From Octopus sinensis (Eukaryota), in assembly GCF_006345805.1 (NCBI RefSeq), contig NC_042997.1, positions 92,876,001 through 92,940,000 of the forward strand: 64,000 bases of DNA. The letters run 5' to 3'. This document shows, one piece after another, positions 40,971-54,559 of the stretch; within the stretch, counting starts at the first letter, position 1, and the number at the start of each line of letters is the position of its first letter. The notes beneath the pieces are model-generated. The model made no database searches. It was not told the DNA's origin and saw only the letters and a list, made by a program, of their open reading frames with translations. Made by a program: the position numbers and the translations under genes.

Positions 40971-41180
40971 GGCGCAGGAGTGGCTGTCTGGTGAGTAGCT
41001 TGTTTACCAACCACATGGGTCCGGGTTCAGTCCCACTGCGTGGCACCTTGGGCAAATGTCTTCTACTATAGCTTGTTTCAGGTTTACAAAGAATAAGTCC
41101 TGGCGTCGATTTGTTCGACTAAAGGTGATGCTCCAGTATGGACGCAGTCAAATGACTGAAACAAGTAAAAGAATAAAAGT
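40971..41180 (+). mobile_element. SINE family A with internal deletion
   Basis: Head joined almost directly to the tail ttacaaagaataagtcctgg...gactgaaacaagtaaaagaataaaag. Confidence 0.88.
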
Positions 41181-41194
41181 ATATATATATATAT

Positions 41195-42418
41195 ATTGAA
41201 AAATAGGATAAAATCTTTATAAGAATTTATCAAGTAGTTAGCGTGAAAAACCTTTTAAGGGAGAAATCCATCAATTATTCCTCTTAAATATATTTATTTA
41301 TATTAAGAGCATTTCTATACATAAATGCCTCACACTAGGAGGAACTCTCACAGTCAAAACTACCATAATAAATAAACACATTGTACCGAACTCGAGAAAA
41401 TGCAACTTTCGAAGCGAGCATTTTAAAAACAGAATTCAGCTGCATATCATATGATTTCATAATTAGTGCACAAAATGCACTTTTTAATCGTCAGTGCAAG
41501 CATAATTCAAGATACATAAAAATGAACAAGAATCAACATACCAGACGAACACCAAATGTATCCAGCATAGTACATAGAATTGTTCACACTTATATATTTA
41601 TGTAAAAGGTGGGCTTTTCGAATTGCATCTCGGTACATGTTTTTATTCAGAATAAAATTCAGCACTGAATATATTCCAGTTAACTTTACAATTGAAAAAT
41701 AGGATAAAACCTTTATAAGATTTTATTAAGTAGTAAGCGTGAAAAACCTCATAAGGGAAAAATCCACCAATTATTCCTCCTAAATTTTTCACGCTAACTA
41801 CTTGATAAGGTCTTATAAAGATTTTATCCTATTTTTCAATTGTAAATTTAACCGGAATGTATTCAGTGCTGAATTTTATTCTGAATAAACACGTGTACCG
41901 AGATGCAATTCGAAAAGCCTGCCTTTTACTGTACTGAAGAGGAGAATGATTAGAGTAGAAATGTGGTTTTTACATTTTTCACATCTATCTAACTCCGAAA
42001 CGCGTATACAGTTAATCAAAGCCGGGTGGATTCGTTATTTTTCCTCCTTACCTGCGTAGGTTGTTGAATATTGTTGTCTGGGAGATCTTCTTTTGGTAGA
42101 GAAATAGCTAGTTTTAACTGCTATTTCTAAATTTCAGTATGTGGTGAAGTAAATTTTTTGCTGAACCCTAATGATAATTATACTCATAATTATAAAAAAA
42201 AATTGTTTAGGTTTACCGATAATGGTTCTTTTAACACACCGAACTACTTGGTAAAATTATTTATTATTAATTAATTAATTAATTTTACACTTTATTATTA
42301 TTTGATAATATAATTCTCTCCCTGACAGTAAACTACAGTTTTTTTCTGTTGAATTTTACTCATTAGCACACGTGGGTAAGTGAGGAGAAGTACGAGATCT
42401 CATTCGTCTGTTTTGAAT

Positions 42419-42420
<2 letters not shown>
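41195..42420 (+). mobile_element. Hammerhead-bearing non-coding repeat with inverted 5' segments (Penelope-like)
   Basis: Inverted arms 41602-41746 and 41785-41929, extra partial copy at 41197-41290; downstream blocks homologous to the 15.7-16.7 kb and 38.5-39.6 kb repeats; begins at (TA)n. Confidence 0.7.
41928..42012 (+). ncRNA. Type I hammerhead ribozyme
   Basis: actgta-CTGAAGA-ggag...ctcc-GAAAC-gc-GTA-tacagt: perfect 6-bp stem I, 4-bp GC-rich stem II base, predicted cut after 42006. Confidence 0.82.
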
Positions 42421-42512
<92 letters not shown>

Positions 42513-43559
42513 CATATACGTACATATATATATACACACACACATGTATATATATACATTTATATACATATACACTCATTTCAAGAACATCTCTGAAGCC
42601 AAGTTTTCTTTTACAAAACCAAGATTTTCTCTAACTTCCTTTCACCTCATCACCCGCTCCCCCCTCTCTCTCTCTCTCTTCCTTCAATATAAATCAGAAG
42701 AAGCTTAGTGATATTTCCTTGGAGACTCAAATATGATCTCTCTTTGTATGTATGTATGTATGTATGTATGTATGTATGTATGTATGTATGTATGTATGTA
42801 TGTATGTATGTATGTATGTATGTATGTATGTGTGTATCTGTTTATGTATGTGTGCGCGTGTTTTTATGTATGTCAGTCTGTCTGGGTATTGACTAAGATA
42901 ACAGATGTCTGTTCAACGTAGAATTCCATAAATAGATCATACCGGGACAAGTATGTATATTATTAATACAAAATCAGTCTAACATTTATTTATATTTTCT
43001 AAAACAATTGGACATTGATCTGTCTCTAGACTTGTTTCAGTTTTAATTGTTTTTCTCCTTCTTTTAGTTTTCAGAGCGCAGTCTTAGTTTCACACACGCA
43101 AAAATTTATTTTAATAATATTCGCCGAACAAGCCTTTTTTTTTTTTTTACCTGTTTTTATTACTAGAATTAACAGCGCGCTGTTTACCTCGTAAGTTTTA
43201 TATTATTGACAAGTTTTTCGTAGATTTTCAAAGTCAAATTTAAGTTGTTGCTAGGAGCATGACTTGCAGATAACTAAACGCGGTGAGCCTTAAGACTCAC
43301 AATCCACAGGCACCTAAAAAAATGTCTGAAAACATACACAAATATCTTCTAATCTTTTTACTTTTTTCAGTTATTGACCAGCGGCCATGTTGGAGCACCA
43401 CCTCGAAGTGTTTTAATCGAACAGATCAACTCTCCCCTTCCCACCAGAACTAATCTTTTTAAAAGTTTTGAATTTATTCTACTGATATCTTTTGTTAAAC
43501 CGTTATATTGTTGGAATGTAAACAAACCAACATTGGTTGCGGGAAACTTGTAAAGTCAC

Positions 43560-44815
43560 GGATACTGTCTGGCCATATACTTTTCCAAATACTATTCAAA
43601 ATTGAAAGTTTCACTTCATCTCATGATTCAGCATCCATTATGTTGACTGTTTTCCAGGAACCTCTGACTGTAGGTTTATCCTTCCTGTCAATTTCCTTAA
43701 TAAGTTGTTTGAAAGTTCTCATATAATGTCTTTAAGTTGGCTATCATACCTTGATCTATTGGCTGCAACAAAGAAGTTGTATCCTGCAGGCTATATTTTA
43801 CTCTCACATTATCAGAAAGGTCTTCTAAGTTCGCATGGTGGCTCCGTGTATTGTCTAAAAGAAGGAATGCTTTGTTGAAAATATTGTGACTCTTTTCATC
43901 AGCGCAATTTTTGCAAGCTTTAAATCCTGGTGTTGATTTTTCTTCTCGAGAAATGAAAGTTTTAGAAGGCGTGCACTTCCAGAAAAGTGCAGTTTCGTCA
44001 ATATTGTATACTTGTTCTGGTGTGTAATCCCTTTCAGCAATCATTTTCTTCAAATGCTCAGGATAATTAGTAGCCGCCCTCTGTATTAGCACTCGCAGTT
44101 TTATCAATCATTTTTGTGTTGTGCAAATTCATGTGCATCTTAAACCTTTCAAACCAGACTTTACCAGCCAAAATGGGTCCTTCATATGAAGTTTCACCTT
44201 CCTTTTTCCATCATGTTTATCAACACATTACGCCGATTCCAACACTTGATCCATACACTCAAAAGCTGTTCCATTTTAAGCATTGTATTAGATCTATGGA
44301 TGGCGGCGAGCTGGCAGAAACGTTAGCACGTCGGGCGAAATGCGTAGCCGTATTTCGTCTGCCGTTACGTTCTGAGTTCAAATTCCGCCGAGGTCGACTT
44401 TGCCTTTCATCCTTTCGGGGTCGATAAATTAAGTACCAGTTACGCACTGGAGTCGATATAATCGACTTAATCCGTTTGTCTGTCCTTGTATGTCCCGTCT
44501 GTGTCTAGCCCCTTGTGGGTAGTAAAGAAATATATATTAGATCTATGGAAGTACCTTCTTGAGCACTTGATATAATTTTTTCTCTGTTTCAGATATTGTT
44601 TCCACATTACACACTGTAAGAGTTAATGTTCTGGCAATATACCTTAGTTTTACATCCGCATCGAGTATTTTTAAAACATCGAGTTCAATATCCAATGTAA
44701 TCCATTTACGGTTCCTTCTTGCACTACAGCCTTTAAGTCTACTTGATAGCTTCTTTGCTGATGTCTTAAATTGAGAGCAAATCCAGTAGTAGCGACAATT
44801 AGTTATCCTCGACAA
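43560..44815 (-). pseudogene. Decayed Tigger/pogo (TIGD1-like) transposase, interrupted by SINE B
   Basis: N-terminal HTH RKWITLDIELDVLK..IARTL, WFERFK, QVYNIDETALFWK..PSKTFISREEKSTPGFKACK, LLLDN, TTSLLQPIDQG. Confidence 0.88.
44302..44534 (+). mobile_element. Young SINE family B with 15-bp TSD
   Basis: TSD tattagatctatgga at 44286-44300 and 44535-44549; CpGs intact. Confidence 0.95.
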
Positions 44816-44984
44816 AAATGTATTTTAAAAAATTGGTCTAGTAAAGATCTGATTTCTGAGAGAGGAAGATTGTTTTATTCCTATTCATGCAATAACGAAA
44901 ATGAGATGAAAAAGTGAAGGACTGGGGATGAGAAAGTACTATATGGTTACAGTTAGCTAAATGTTTGCCATATTTTATAGGCAA

Positions 44985-45192
44985 TTCGCTGGCGGAATCG
45001 TTGGTGTGCCGAGCAAAGCGCTTAGTGGCATTTTGTCTGTCTTTACGTTCTGAGTCCAAATTCCGAGAGGTCGACTTTGCTTTTTATCCTTTCGGGGTCA
45101 ATAAAATAAATTTCAGTTGAGTACTGGGTCGATGTGATCGATTTACTCACCTGCCGAAATTGCTGGCCTTGTTCCAAAATTGGAAACCAATA
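44985..45192 (+). mobile_element. SINE family B (older copy)
   Basis: gctggcggaatcgttggtgtgccgagcaaagcgcttag...ggtcgactttgctttttatcctttcggggtc. Confidence 0.8.
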
Positions 45193-46479
45193 TATTTATT
45201 TAACCAATAAAGTTAAATAATTTAAATTTAGTGTTTAGCCTTCTTTTTAGTTTACTTGAATAATTAACCGGAAAATGTGAAGTATATATAATATTATATC
45301 ATATTTGAAGCTCAAATTTAACATTTAAGAGCTGATAGTAGAAAAGATAAAGAAGGCAACGTTTTGAAGAGCAACGTCAAAAAGTAGCAACACTTGACAG
45401 ATGTTTTATACTCCAGCAACTGATAACAATCCACAAACCCATGGCAATCAGCAAAATCCAAAACAACGGCAAGCTAAAATCTCTATTTATAAGACTGCTG
45501 TTGAAAAAAACACCGGAAATGAATAGATATGAGCAGGACAACGCCAAAGTCTTCAGCTGAAACAACAAAATTTATGGAACTCAATGATCTTGGTTAATGG
45601 GGTGTCTCAATCAAGATCGAACTCTCATGTTGGATATTTAGGGATGGCCAATTTGAAAACTAGTGTCATCAAAAATCAATGATAGATATTATTCATATTA
45701 TTCAAAAGACTTTTTTGATTCCAGAAAAATTAATGAGGAAATAAGCCATCAGGCATGGCTAGTGTTCTCTCTAACAACTGCCTGTGTTTATTGCTTTATC
45801 AAAAAAATTTCAACATCAGCTGCAACGATAGCTTCCGGTAGATTTTCAAACTAGTAAAATGTCACGCAATTCAAAGTTATGGAAAATTTGAAGAGCACAG
45901 AACGGTCTTGCGGACAAACTTGACAAGAAAGCATGGTTCAGCAGTAGATTTAAGACAAACAGAATAAATTGTCCTTGTGTGTGTTGTCGCAGTAATACGG
46001 AATCTAACAGAACATGGCCTACGTGTTAGAGGGTGGGAATGAAACTTTTGGATCATAAAATAATGGCAACAACCTTGGCTTGTCAGAATGAATGCTTCCA
46101 ACTACATAAAACAATATGGAAACACATGTGTTGGTCTCCTTCATATTTGTCTCAGTTAACCTATTTGTTCCGAGGATAACTTTATTTCTGATTTTGCTGA
46201 AACTTTGTTTAAGGGTTAGCTTAAACACCAGTTATATAGATTTGAAGCCAGCAATATAATATTCAAAATACATTCTTAAACAAACCCAGGTGCCATATGG
46301 CACCGGTAGGATAATAAGAGTACAAAAAAACTGTGGTAATTTCTTCCTTTTTATTCAGTAAATAACAAAAATAAAAAGAAAAGGCAATACGATAATTTTA
46401 TGGTAATTCTTATTGAAAAAAATGCTCTTTTATCATATATTCCATGTATTATGAGAGTTAGTCACGACAGTAACATATT

Positions 46480-48275
46480 TTTTTATGATAATCTGCAAAA
46501 CACAAGATACATAAACCCACATCGCATTTTTCACATTCAGCTCGTGTTGTGATTTACAAAATTCTCCCTGACATTTGCGTGCTTATTCCCAGCTACTGGT
46601 CGCACATAGTGTTCAGAACCATCGTATCGTATATCAGAATCACCTGGACATGACTTACACTTTTTTATCGGAACATTTTGGCTAAACCTGAAATCTTCGC
46701 AAGTATGACATGGCAACTGCTCTTCTGAAGTCCATATGCTCTAATGCAGACCCTTTTCTCGTGCTAAAATCCAAGCATTTTGAATGGAGACATCTACAGA
46801 CCAAGTCAAATGATTCCACCACCATTTTTTTCTTACGTATACCAATGCGATATAAGTTGATGTTTTGGTTCATCTGATCGGTTTCTCCCATATTCTTATT
46901 GTTATTATAAATCAGGATTTGGTACCTCTATGTGTTTTGACTTCTCCTTAGACTAGCGCTTGACTCTGTTAACAGGGTTCTTCTCATGAATGGTGGATCC
47001 CACTGTCACAATAGTATTATCCTTCCATCTGGTGATTTTTATACCATTGGATTCCAGGACTCCGGTGACAGTCTCTGAAGGGCCTTGTTCTTTTTTTATC
47101 AAAACAGCGCACAGAAGAAATAGGACACGAAGCTCATAATCTGTTTGCTCTCAATATACCAGTACCATTGTATCCCCAAGTTTTGAGTTGATTTAGAAGT
47201 AGCACAAGTTATCAAAATATACATGATAAGGAAGGTGTTTTTCTCATCACTATAACAATCCAGTAAATGAAGTACTGTTGATAAACACTTCACATAAGTC
47301 GATTCTAATTCTGCATTTCCAAATGTGGATCTTCCGTCGATAGGGATCAAAGGCTATTAGATATCCTGAAGACGAATTTTGACACCAGATTTTGTATCCA
47401 AATCTTATAGATTTATTGCGGATAGATTGCTTGCAGCTATACTTGCCAAAATATTCCACCATTGTTTCATCATGTGAAATATTCGGTGCTGGAACAAAAT
47501 GTTCCATAAATATCTTCTGTAAATGAGATATGAGCGGTTGCAGTTTTGCAAATTTATCACTTTCATTGATATCATGGAAATGAAGACAACGCATTATAGC
47601 ATCAAACCGGTCGCGTCCATTAGCATTACTGACAGCTTCATTGGATGTATCCGACGTATGTGGCCAATACATATAGCGACGAGGTAATTGATTATATCCT
47701 GAAACTATGAGAATTGCAAGGAACACTTTGAATTCATTCTAGGATATATTTATATCAGTCCAGCTCTTTTTCAAGCAGTATTTTGTTATTTCTTTCATTG
47801 AGTGCTTAACCATATCATTGTCATAGAATAGCTCGAATAATTCCACTTCACTAAAATCCTTGTATTTTGAATAGTTACACTCAGGAAAAATGGAAGGCAT
47901 CACCTATGTTTCTGCCTTTTTCCAAGTAATTTGGCATTTTTTCTTTTGTTTCCCGCCTCTGAAGCCTTCCCAGTTACAGCAGAAGTTTCTTTCTGTGTCA
48001 CTTCGTTACAGCAGAAGTTTCTTTCTGTGTCACTTCGTTGTTTTTTGTTTTCGTACTTCGTGATTGCAATTCTGCTGGGGCGCGAAGTTGGTTGCCTGAG
48101 AAATGATGAGTGTGTTCAACGGTGTCAGCTTCGACTTCTTTTCCCGAATCTTCATTTGTCTGGTCAGTTACCTCCGGGGGTGGGTTGGAGGGGGGTCAAT
48201 GAAAATATCATATGGGCCGTCATCTTCCTCTTCAAGAATACTCAAAATTTCAATCAATGTCGGTTCACGTTTCCT
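46480..48275 (-). pseudogene. piggyBac (PGBD2/3-like) transposase pseudogene
   Basis: FLAILIVSGYNQLPRRYMYW, RDRFDAIMRCLHF, SHDETMVEYFGK..CKQSIRNKSIRFGYKIW, MGETDQMNQNI..YRIGIRKKK, C-terminal CEKCDVGLC; frameshifts present. Confidence 0.9.
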
Positions 48276-48298
48276 GAAAAAATATACAATAGTGAAAA

Positions 48299-48553
48299 AC
48301 TAGAAACTTTAGCACTCGAAAAGTGCAGATCTCTGCCAAGCAGCATGTCCCTCTCCCATCCCCATAGTTTGGTTTACATTGGATCACCTCCAAAATCTAA
48401 TCATGTGTTCCTTGTCCTATTTTGAACATTTCCTGAAAATTTCATCAAAATTCATCCATAATTTTTAGAGTTATGTTGCCAACAAACACACAGACAAACA
48501 GTCAGTCAAACCAACACCGACAAAAACATAACATCCTTGGCAGTGGTAATAAC
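48299..48553. mobile_element. Helentron-associated (DINE-1/HINE-like) short element nested in the piggyBac
   Basis: Hairpin gcactcgaaaagtgc near one end, subterminal inverted repeat ctgccaag/cttggcag, (CAGA/CAAA)n-like core, end aacataacatccttggcagtggtaataa. Confidence 0.6.
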
Positions 48554-49099
48554 ACGTATAGTAAGAGAAAACTATGCTTCCATTGTTGAAAGTCCATGTT
48601 CCTAGGAAAGAAGCCAAACATATTGCATATAACAGATGTTGTACTGCGTATTTCCTAGCGGTGCCATATGGCACCTTAAAATAATTCAACAAAACAAACG
48701 TCACTGCAATAGATCTTATGGATTATTTCCATTTGTTCCTATCTCTAACGAAGTATTTAGATATTATTCTAATAAAATACAAGATATTTTGACCATATTC
48801 CTGAATGAACAAACAAATAGTAACTCATTTGTTTAGAGAAGTCATCTCCACAGAGGATGCTTTTCACATGAGCTTACAAACACACGTGCTCACTCTCCCC
48901 AGGTCGCACAGCTTCTAAACTGTTGCATCATACATGTTTCATGGAAATTACTGTTCTTATCGTTGTTATAAAGTGGTTTTTATACCCAATGTTTGCTGTG
49001 CCGTACGGCACCGATAGGATTAAATGGGTTAACATAAAATGAAATTATTCAGCCTCTGAATAGTGAGTAGTAAGCCTCTTACTCTATTATTACTCTACT

Positions 49100-49490
49100 T
49101 GAGTAAGGGAATCAATTTTAGATGATTTGAGAAAGCCGGTTACTTCAGTGTGTTTGTGAACTCTACACTTGATCTTTACTATGTGGATCAATTAACTGTT
49201 ATAGTAAGATACATAGCACCTGGTAATTATTTACGTGTTGAACGCGTTCCAACTTTTCTATAGTTGGAAGATCTCAGTGGTAAAAGTATGGAAGTTATAG
49301 TAGTTATAGTTGTAATTATAAGGAAGTTAAAGTGAAGTTTGCAATGCTGATTTCAATAATGATATCATATGATAATGCAAACAATATGGTTAATAAATAG
49401 AAGGGAATGCAATAAAATGTTTTAGAGACAAACAAGCGACCTATGTATATTCCGTGTGCAGAACATATAAGAAATCTTGTTGGCAGTAAA
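49100..49490 (+). pseudogene. hAT transposase relic (ZMYM1/THAP12-like RNase H region)
   Basis: YFSVFVNSTLD...DQLTVIVRYI, ISYDNANNM, MYIPCAEHIRNLVG. Confidence 0.7.
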
Positions 49491-51274
49491 TAAAATGCAG
49501 TAAATATGTTTTCACAGAAATATAATGTTCTGACATTGTACTTGTTTATCTTTTGTTATCAGTTTACAAGTTTAAGTTCAATAAAATTATATACCGTTTG
49601 AATAACGGCAGTATTATATACCGTTAGATAAGCCAGCCAGAAGTGTTCCTAAGATTCAGTATATATTCTAACCTCATCTACGCTTCCAGTTATCATTTTT
49701 AAAGCAAAGATAACAAGCAAGTTATCTTTAACAGCATGGTCACTGGTTTTATGGAATCTAAGAAAATTGTTCGACTACGAAACCTAAATGAAACAAAACT
49801 TTAAAAACTGGAATTTTAACAGTAAACCTTTAGTGGCTCGCGATGTTCGTTTAGATAAGGCATTGCCCTCAAACTTTATGTATCTTATCATTAGTTCGTG
49901 GGAAAACAATAAACCTTATCTATTCTACTTAGCTTAGTGGATCTTGTAACGTAATATTGTAAGGTGTGGTAGTGGTTAGATGATGGTTGCAATGGGATTA
50001 TAACTAAGGTGAAAAAATATCGTATAATACATAACATAGCGCTTTCCACCGGAGTCGATAAAATAGATATCAGTTGAGCATGAGGGTCGATGTAATCGAC
50101 TTAACCACCTCCCCACAAACTGCTAGCCTTGTGCCAAAATTTGAAATCAATATATGATATAACGCTTGGATAGTTGATGTAGGGAGCTGATAGTGGAAGT
50201 AGCAGTGCGAAAATTGTTGTAGTGGTTTTCAAGCGGTGGTAATGGTAGCGTAGTAGCAAATGAAGAGCTAACGAATGACAAAGAAGGCTGCTGATTTTAC
50301 TTGAAACAACGGCTAAATCTCCTCCAAATTACACTCTACTCTGTTAAAAGGGAAGGGGATATTGGATAAAGTGGTCCTTGATATAATAAGTTGGAAAATA
50401 AACGGGATGGTCACGGTTAGAATACTCTTGAACGTATTCAATCAGGGCTAACCTGGAACTAAATAATAATAGTCATATCCGACAACAAAATAAGTAAATA
50501 TAAAATCGAACGAAAGAATGATTTAGTGATAGAAGGCCGAACGAACCTGAAACAGATATCAGGCAATGAAGTCTATTGCTCACAGAAGAATAATGAAGAT
50601 TCATTTGATCTCACGTAAGACCAATTTTTGTGGAATAGAAGTATAGTCTATGGAATAGTTTCCTCTATCGCATATGGTTATTACTTACATTACTGACCCC
50701 AATTGATCTCGAACGGATGCAAAACAAAGTCGTTCCCGACAAGATTTGAATGCCGAACGCAGGGAGGTAGATAGATAGATAGATAGATAGAGAGTGAAAG
50801 AGAAAGAGAGACAGACAGACAGAGAGAGGGGTAGTGGGTGGGGAGAAAGAGGGGAGAGAGAGGGGTAGGTGGAGAGAGAGATAGGGGAAGTGGAGAGTGA
50901 GAGAGAGAGATGATTTAAAGCCCACGAAAAAGAGAAACAGAAACAGCAAAATCAAAATGAGTTCTCGATCCTAAAACAAATCATAGAGTTCCATAAGCAA
51001 TACCACACTCAATCCAGAGATTGTCATGTTGTGTAAAGTTTATGTTGCTGTTCCAAAGGTCGCTACAAGCTTCACCTTCTTAAAAGAGTTATAGACAAAA
51101 TGATTTGTTTCGCTCGTTGTTTTATACATTCTCGTGTAGGGCTGCTTTGTTTCACATAAGAGTGTTCCTAAATAGACCCTTTTTCGAAAAAATTGACCAA
51201 ACCCAAAGCCGCTATCAGGTTTGTCACGTGAACACAACACATTCCATTTGTAATGTTATTTTATTATTTAAACA

Positions 51275-51672
51275 CTAGCGGTATCGCTCGGCGTTGCTCG
51301 GGTTTGTAAGGGAAATAACTATATAAGCATTTTTAGAGATGTAAAGTATAATAGCCATCTCAATATGGCTAACCACAAAGGGGGGTGTTACTGTAGCTTT
51401 TTACGTTCTGAGATTTAATAATACATTTTTAGAGAGTTACTGCCCTTATATATATATGCCAAGAATGCATTAAAAATGTGAAAAAATGATGGTAAATTTT
51501 TTTTTAAATCGTAGACTCATCGTAGACGCACGCTAATACCCAGAGAGCTCGATATAAATCACGACTATAAGATACCCGCTTTTGGTTAAACTGCACCGCA
51601 AAATGTGGGAGTAGTTAGGAATCTAAATCGTAGGAGACAGACAGCACACAACCTCACTTTTATATATATAGA
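51275..51672 (-). mobile_element. Non-autonomous Helitron (same family as 16183-16577)
   Basis: Reverse complement of the 16.2 kb copy with TC start, hairpin and CTAG end. Confidence 0.88.
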
Positions 51673-52109
51673 TATGTGTACGTGTATTACAATTGACAAA
51701 AGAAATACTGCCGTTATTCAAACTAAGTGTACTTTCAATGGAATGATCATCAATATTCTTTTTCTTTTTTCACTGTTGTGCTATTGTAAATAATGTCTTT
51801 TGTTTTGTTCTTTATGCGCTGTGTGTGTGATGTGATAGTCTTGCCTCGGCAAGTTTTTCTTCGGAAGGTTGTGGTTCAGTCATTTTGTAGCCATATAAAT
51901 AACACAAAATAAAAAAAAGCTTAAAAATCAACAACAAATTAATAATTTTTCTGTCATTTTTGTATGTGTAAATTCCAAGCTTTCCAAAGATATCCCTATG
52001 CACGTTTAAAAGTAAGAGCAAAATCTCTATTTCATGTAGTAATTATCCTTTCTTCTAAGAGCGACTTCACAAAACGACATAAGGTTAGGTCAATTGTGAA
52101 TAAATAATG

Positions 52110-52705
52110 ATAATGGTTTCAAATTTGGACACAAGGCCAGCAATATTAAGGGAATAAGACGATTACATCTACCACAGTACTTGACAAATACTTTGTTTTA
52201 TCGACCCCGAAAGGGATAAAAGCAAAGTCAACCTCGATGGGATTTGAACACAGAACATAAAGAACCAAAAAAATTGCTGCTAAGCATTTTTGTCCGACGC
52301 GCTAATGATTCTGCCAGATCGCCGCCCTAATAATAATAATAAGCTTTCCACTACAGGAAAGGGGCTAGTCAGTTAAATGAACCCCAGTGTTCAGCTGGTG
52401 CTTATTTTATCGACCCCGAAAGGATGAGAGGCGAAGTCGACCTCAGAATGCAAACCCAGAAGAACGCATTTTGTCTGGCGTGCTAACGACTCTGCCAGCT
52501 TGCCGCCTTTTTATAATAATCTCTTCTACTACAGGCACACGGAGTGAAATTTGGGGGTGGGGGCTAGTTGATTACATCTATCGCAGTGCTCAAAACTGAT
52601 ATTTATTTCATCGACTCCGAAAGGATGAAAGGCAAATATGACCATGGTGGAACTTGAACTCAGAACGCAAAGTCGGAAGAAATGCCGTTAAGCAATGTGT
52701 CGGCT
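52110..52705 (-). mobile_element. Cluster of three SINE family B copies
   Basis: Repeated atcgac(c/t)ccgaaagg...aaaggcaaa...gaac(a/t)cagaac blocks at about 52200, 52410 and 52610, separated by AAT-rich spacers. Confidence 0.8.
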
Positions 52706-52784
52706 TTGATCATTTCTGATATTTTCAACAACAGAAATAACTAACAAAGCATAGGCGTGTATCCATGCTCAGTCATACTTACAT

Positions 52785-53670
52785 TTCTTTTCATCATTGT
52801 TGTTGATTATGTGCTACGTATGTCAGTTGATACCATCTCTGGCAAGGGCTTTGAAATAAAACCAAGAAGAAGTTCCAGACACCCAGCTGAGTACTTGACA
52901 GACACTGACTTTGCTGACGACATCGCTCTTATCAGTGATTCTCTCTCCAATGCCCAGTCTCTTTTACAATCTCTTGAACAAGCCTCAAATTGTGTAGGTC
53001 TTTACCTCAATGAGGCCAAAACTGAATACATAAACAAGTGCCTGTCCAACAGTGATTGCATCATCCATACTCTCAACAGTGCGCCTTTAAATATGGTTTC
53101 TGATTATAAATATCTTGGGTCATACATATCATCATCTGGAAAAGACTTTCTAACTAGAAAGGGTATGGCCTGGTCAGCCTGTAATGACATGCATAAGATC
53201 TGGTCATCAAATCTAAGTAGAGACTTCAAACTTGAAATATTCAAAGCCACAGTCGAACCAATTCTACTATATGGCTCAGAAACCTGGACGTTATCAAAGA
53301 AGCTTGAGAGGCGGTTGGATGGAACCTACACTCGCCTCCTTATGAGAGCTCAAAATCTCTCGTGGAAGCGCCATCCAACCAAAATGCAAATATATGGGAA
53401 ATTACCACCTGTGTCATCTCTTGTGAAAGGTAGGAGAGTCCAGTTTGCTGGACATTGTTGTAGAGCTGAAAAAAAAGTAATTTCTACTCTTCTCCTCTGG
53501 AAGCCATCTACTCGCAATACCAGAGGGCGCACACTCTCCTACCCTGATGTAATCTCCAGGGATACAGGCATCCAGCAACAGGACCTCCGTAATGCTATGA
53601 TGGACCGTGAAGTCTGGCGTAACATAGTAAATTCCATTGTCTCGACCACAGTCGAACAATGATGATGATG
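52785..53670 (+). mobile_element. Young 5'-truncated RTE-clade LINE with uninterrupted RT C-terminal ORF
   Basis: ORF 52757-53662: FLFIIVVDYVLR, LTDTDFADDIAL, YKYLGS, ILLYGSETWTL, QFAGHC; (TGA)n tail; TSD atacttacat at 52775-52784 and 53671-53680. The track start codon lies outside the element. Confidence 0.93.
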
Positions 53671-54559
53671 ATACTTACATAGACTAGCGTGCGCGCACAT
53701 GTGCTTGCACACACACACACACACACACCACACACACACACACACACACATACACACACACACACCATAGATGCTGCTGATGGCCACACCTGTTCAACAA
53801 ATAATAAAAGCTATTCGACAGGTCAATGATCCGAGTACACTAAGCAATTCCGTTGAAGACGATTTTATTGTACTCCCTTCCATCTCTTTGACATATCTGT
53901 AACGGCACAGTTTATCTTAAACAAGTAATATCCCCCTGGTGGCATTGCTGTAGAGAGGTCTTTTTGAAAATATCCATTAATTCTCTAAAAATGAAAGTGT
54001 TCCAAAAAAGTTTCGTCCGTAAACTTTCATCGAAATTAGCAGTATCTTTCCGGATATCAACTCTCAAACTATCCACTAACCCTGCTAACAATACAAGAGT
54101 GAGCCTTTAACTGATGGCATTCTTCAAATAGGTAGAGGGATATAATGCATCTATACTCGATCTATATTTCATGAAAAACTATAGCTCAGTCAAAGAGACG
54201 AGTTTTATGAAATGCATTTTTGGCAAACGACAATCTCTGCTGCTCATCATCCGTGAATTTTGGAAGATGTCACCTCAGAGCATGAACTCATGTTCGTATA
54301 TCATGAGCAATGGTATTCCATTTGTTCAGATATTTCTTGGAGAAAAGTACGCCAGACAAGCAGAAACATACCACCAGACGTTGTAAGCAGTCTCTCGATC
54401 TTTTTGCGCAATCTTCTAACTCATGTCAACTTCCGTTACACTGGCTTCATAGATAAAGGGTACAGAAATGAGAGCAGCGTTAACGAAGTGAAACACATAA
54501 TATCAAATGGTTTAGTAAGCAGATTTTAAATCGATTGTGTTTTATGACTGCAAGAGAAA

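Larger units (their letters stand above)
46160..49028 (-). mobile_element. piggyBac-family DNA transposon, apparently full length, transposase inactivated
   Basis: Right end ggattaaatggg|TTAA (49029-49032); candidate left end TTAA|cctatttgttcc (46156-46159, 9/12 match); subterminal palindromes at 46289, 48660 and 48998. Confidence 0.75.
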
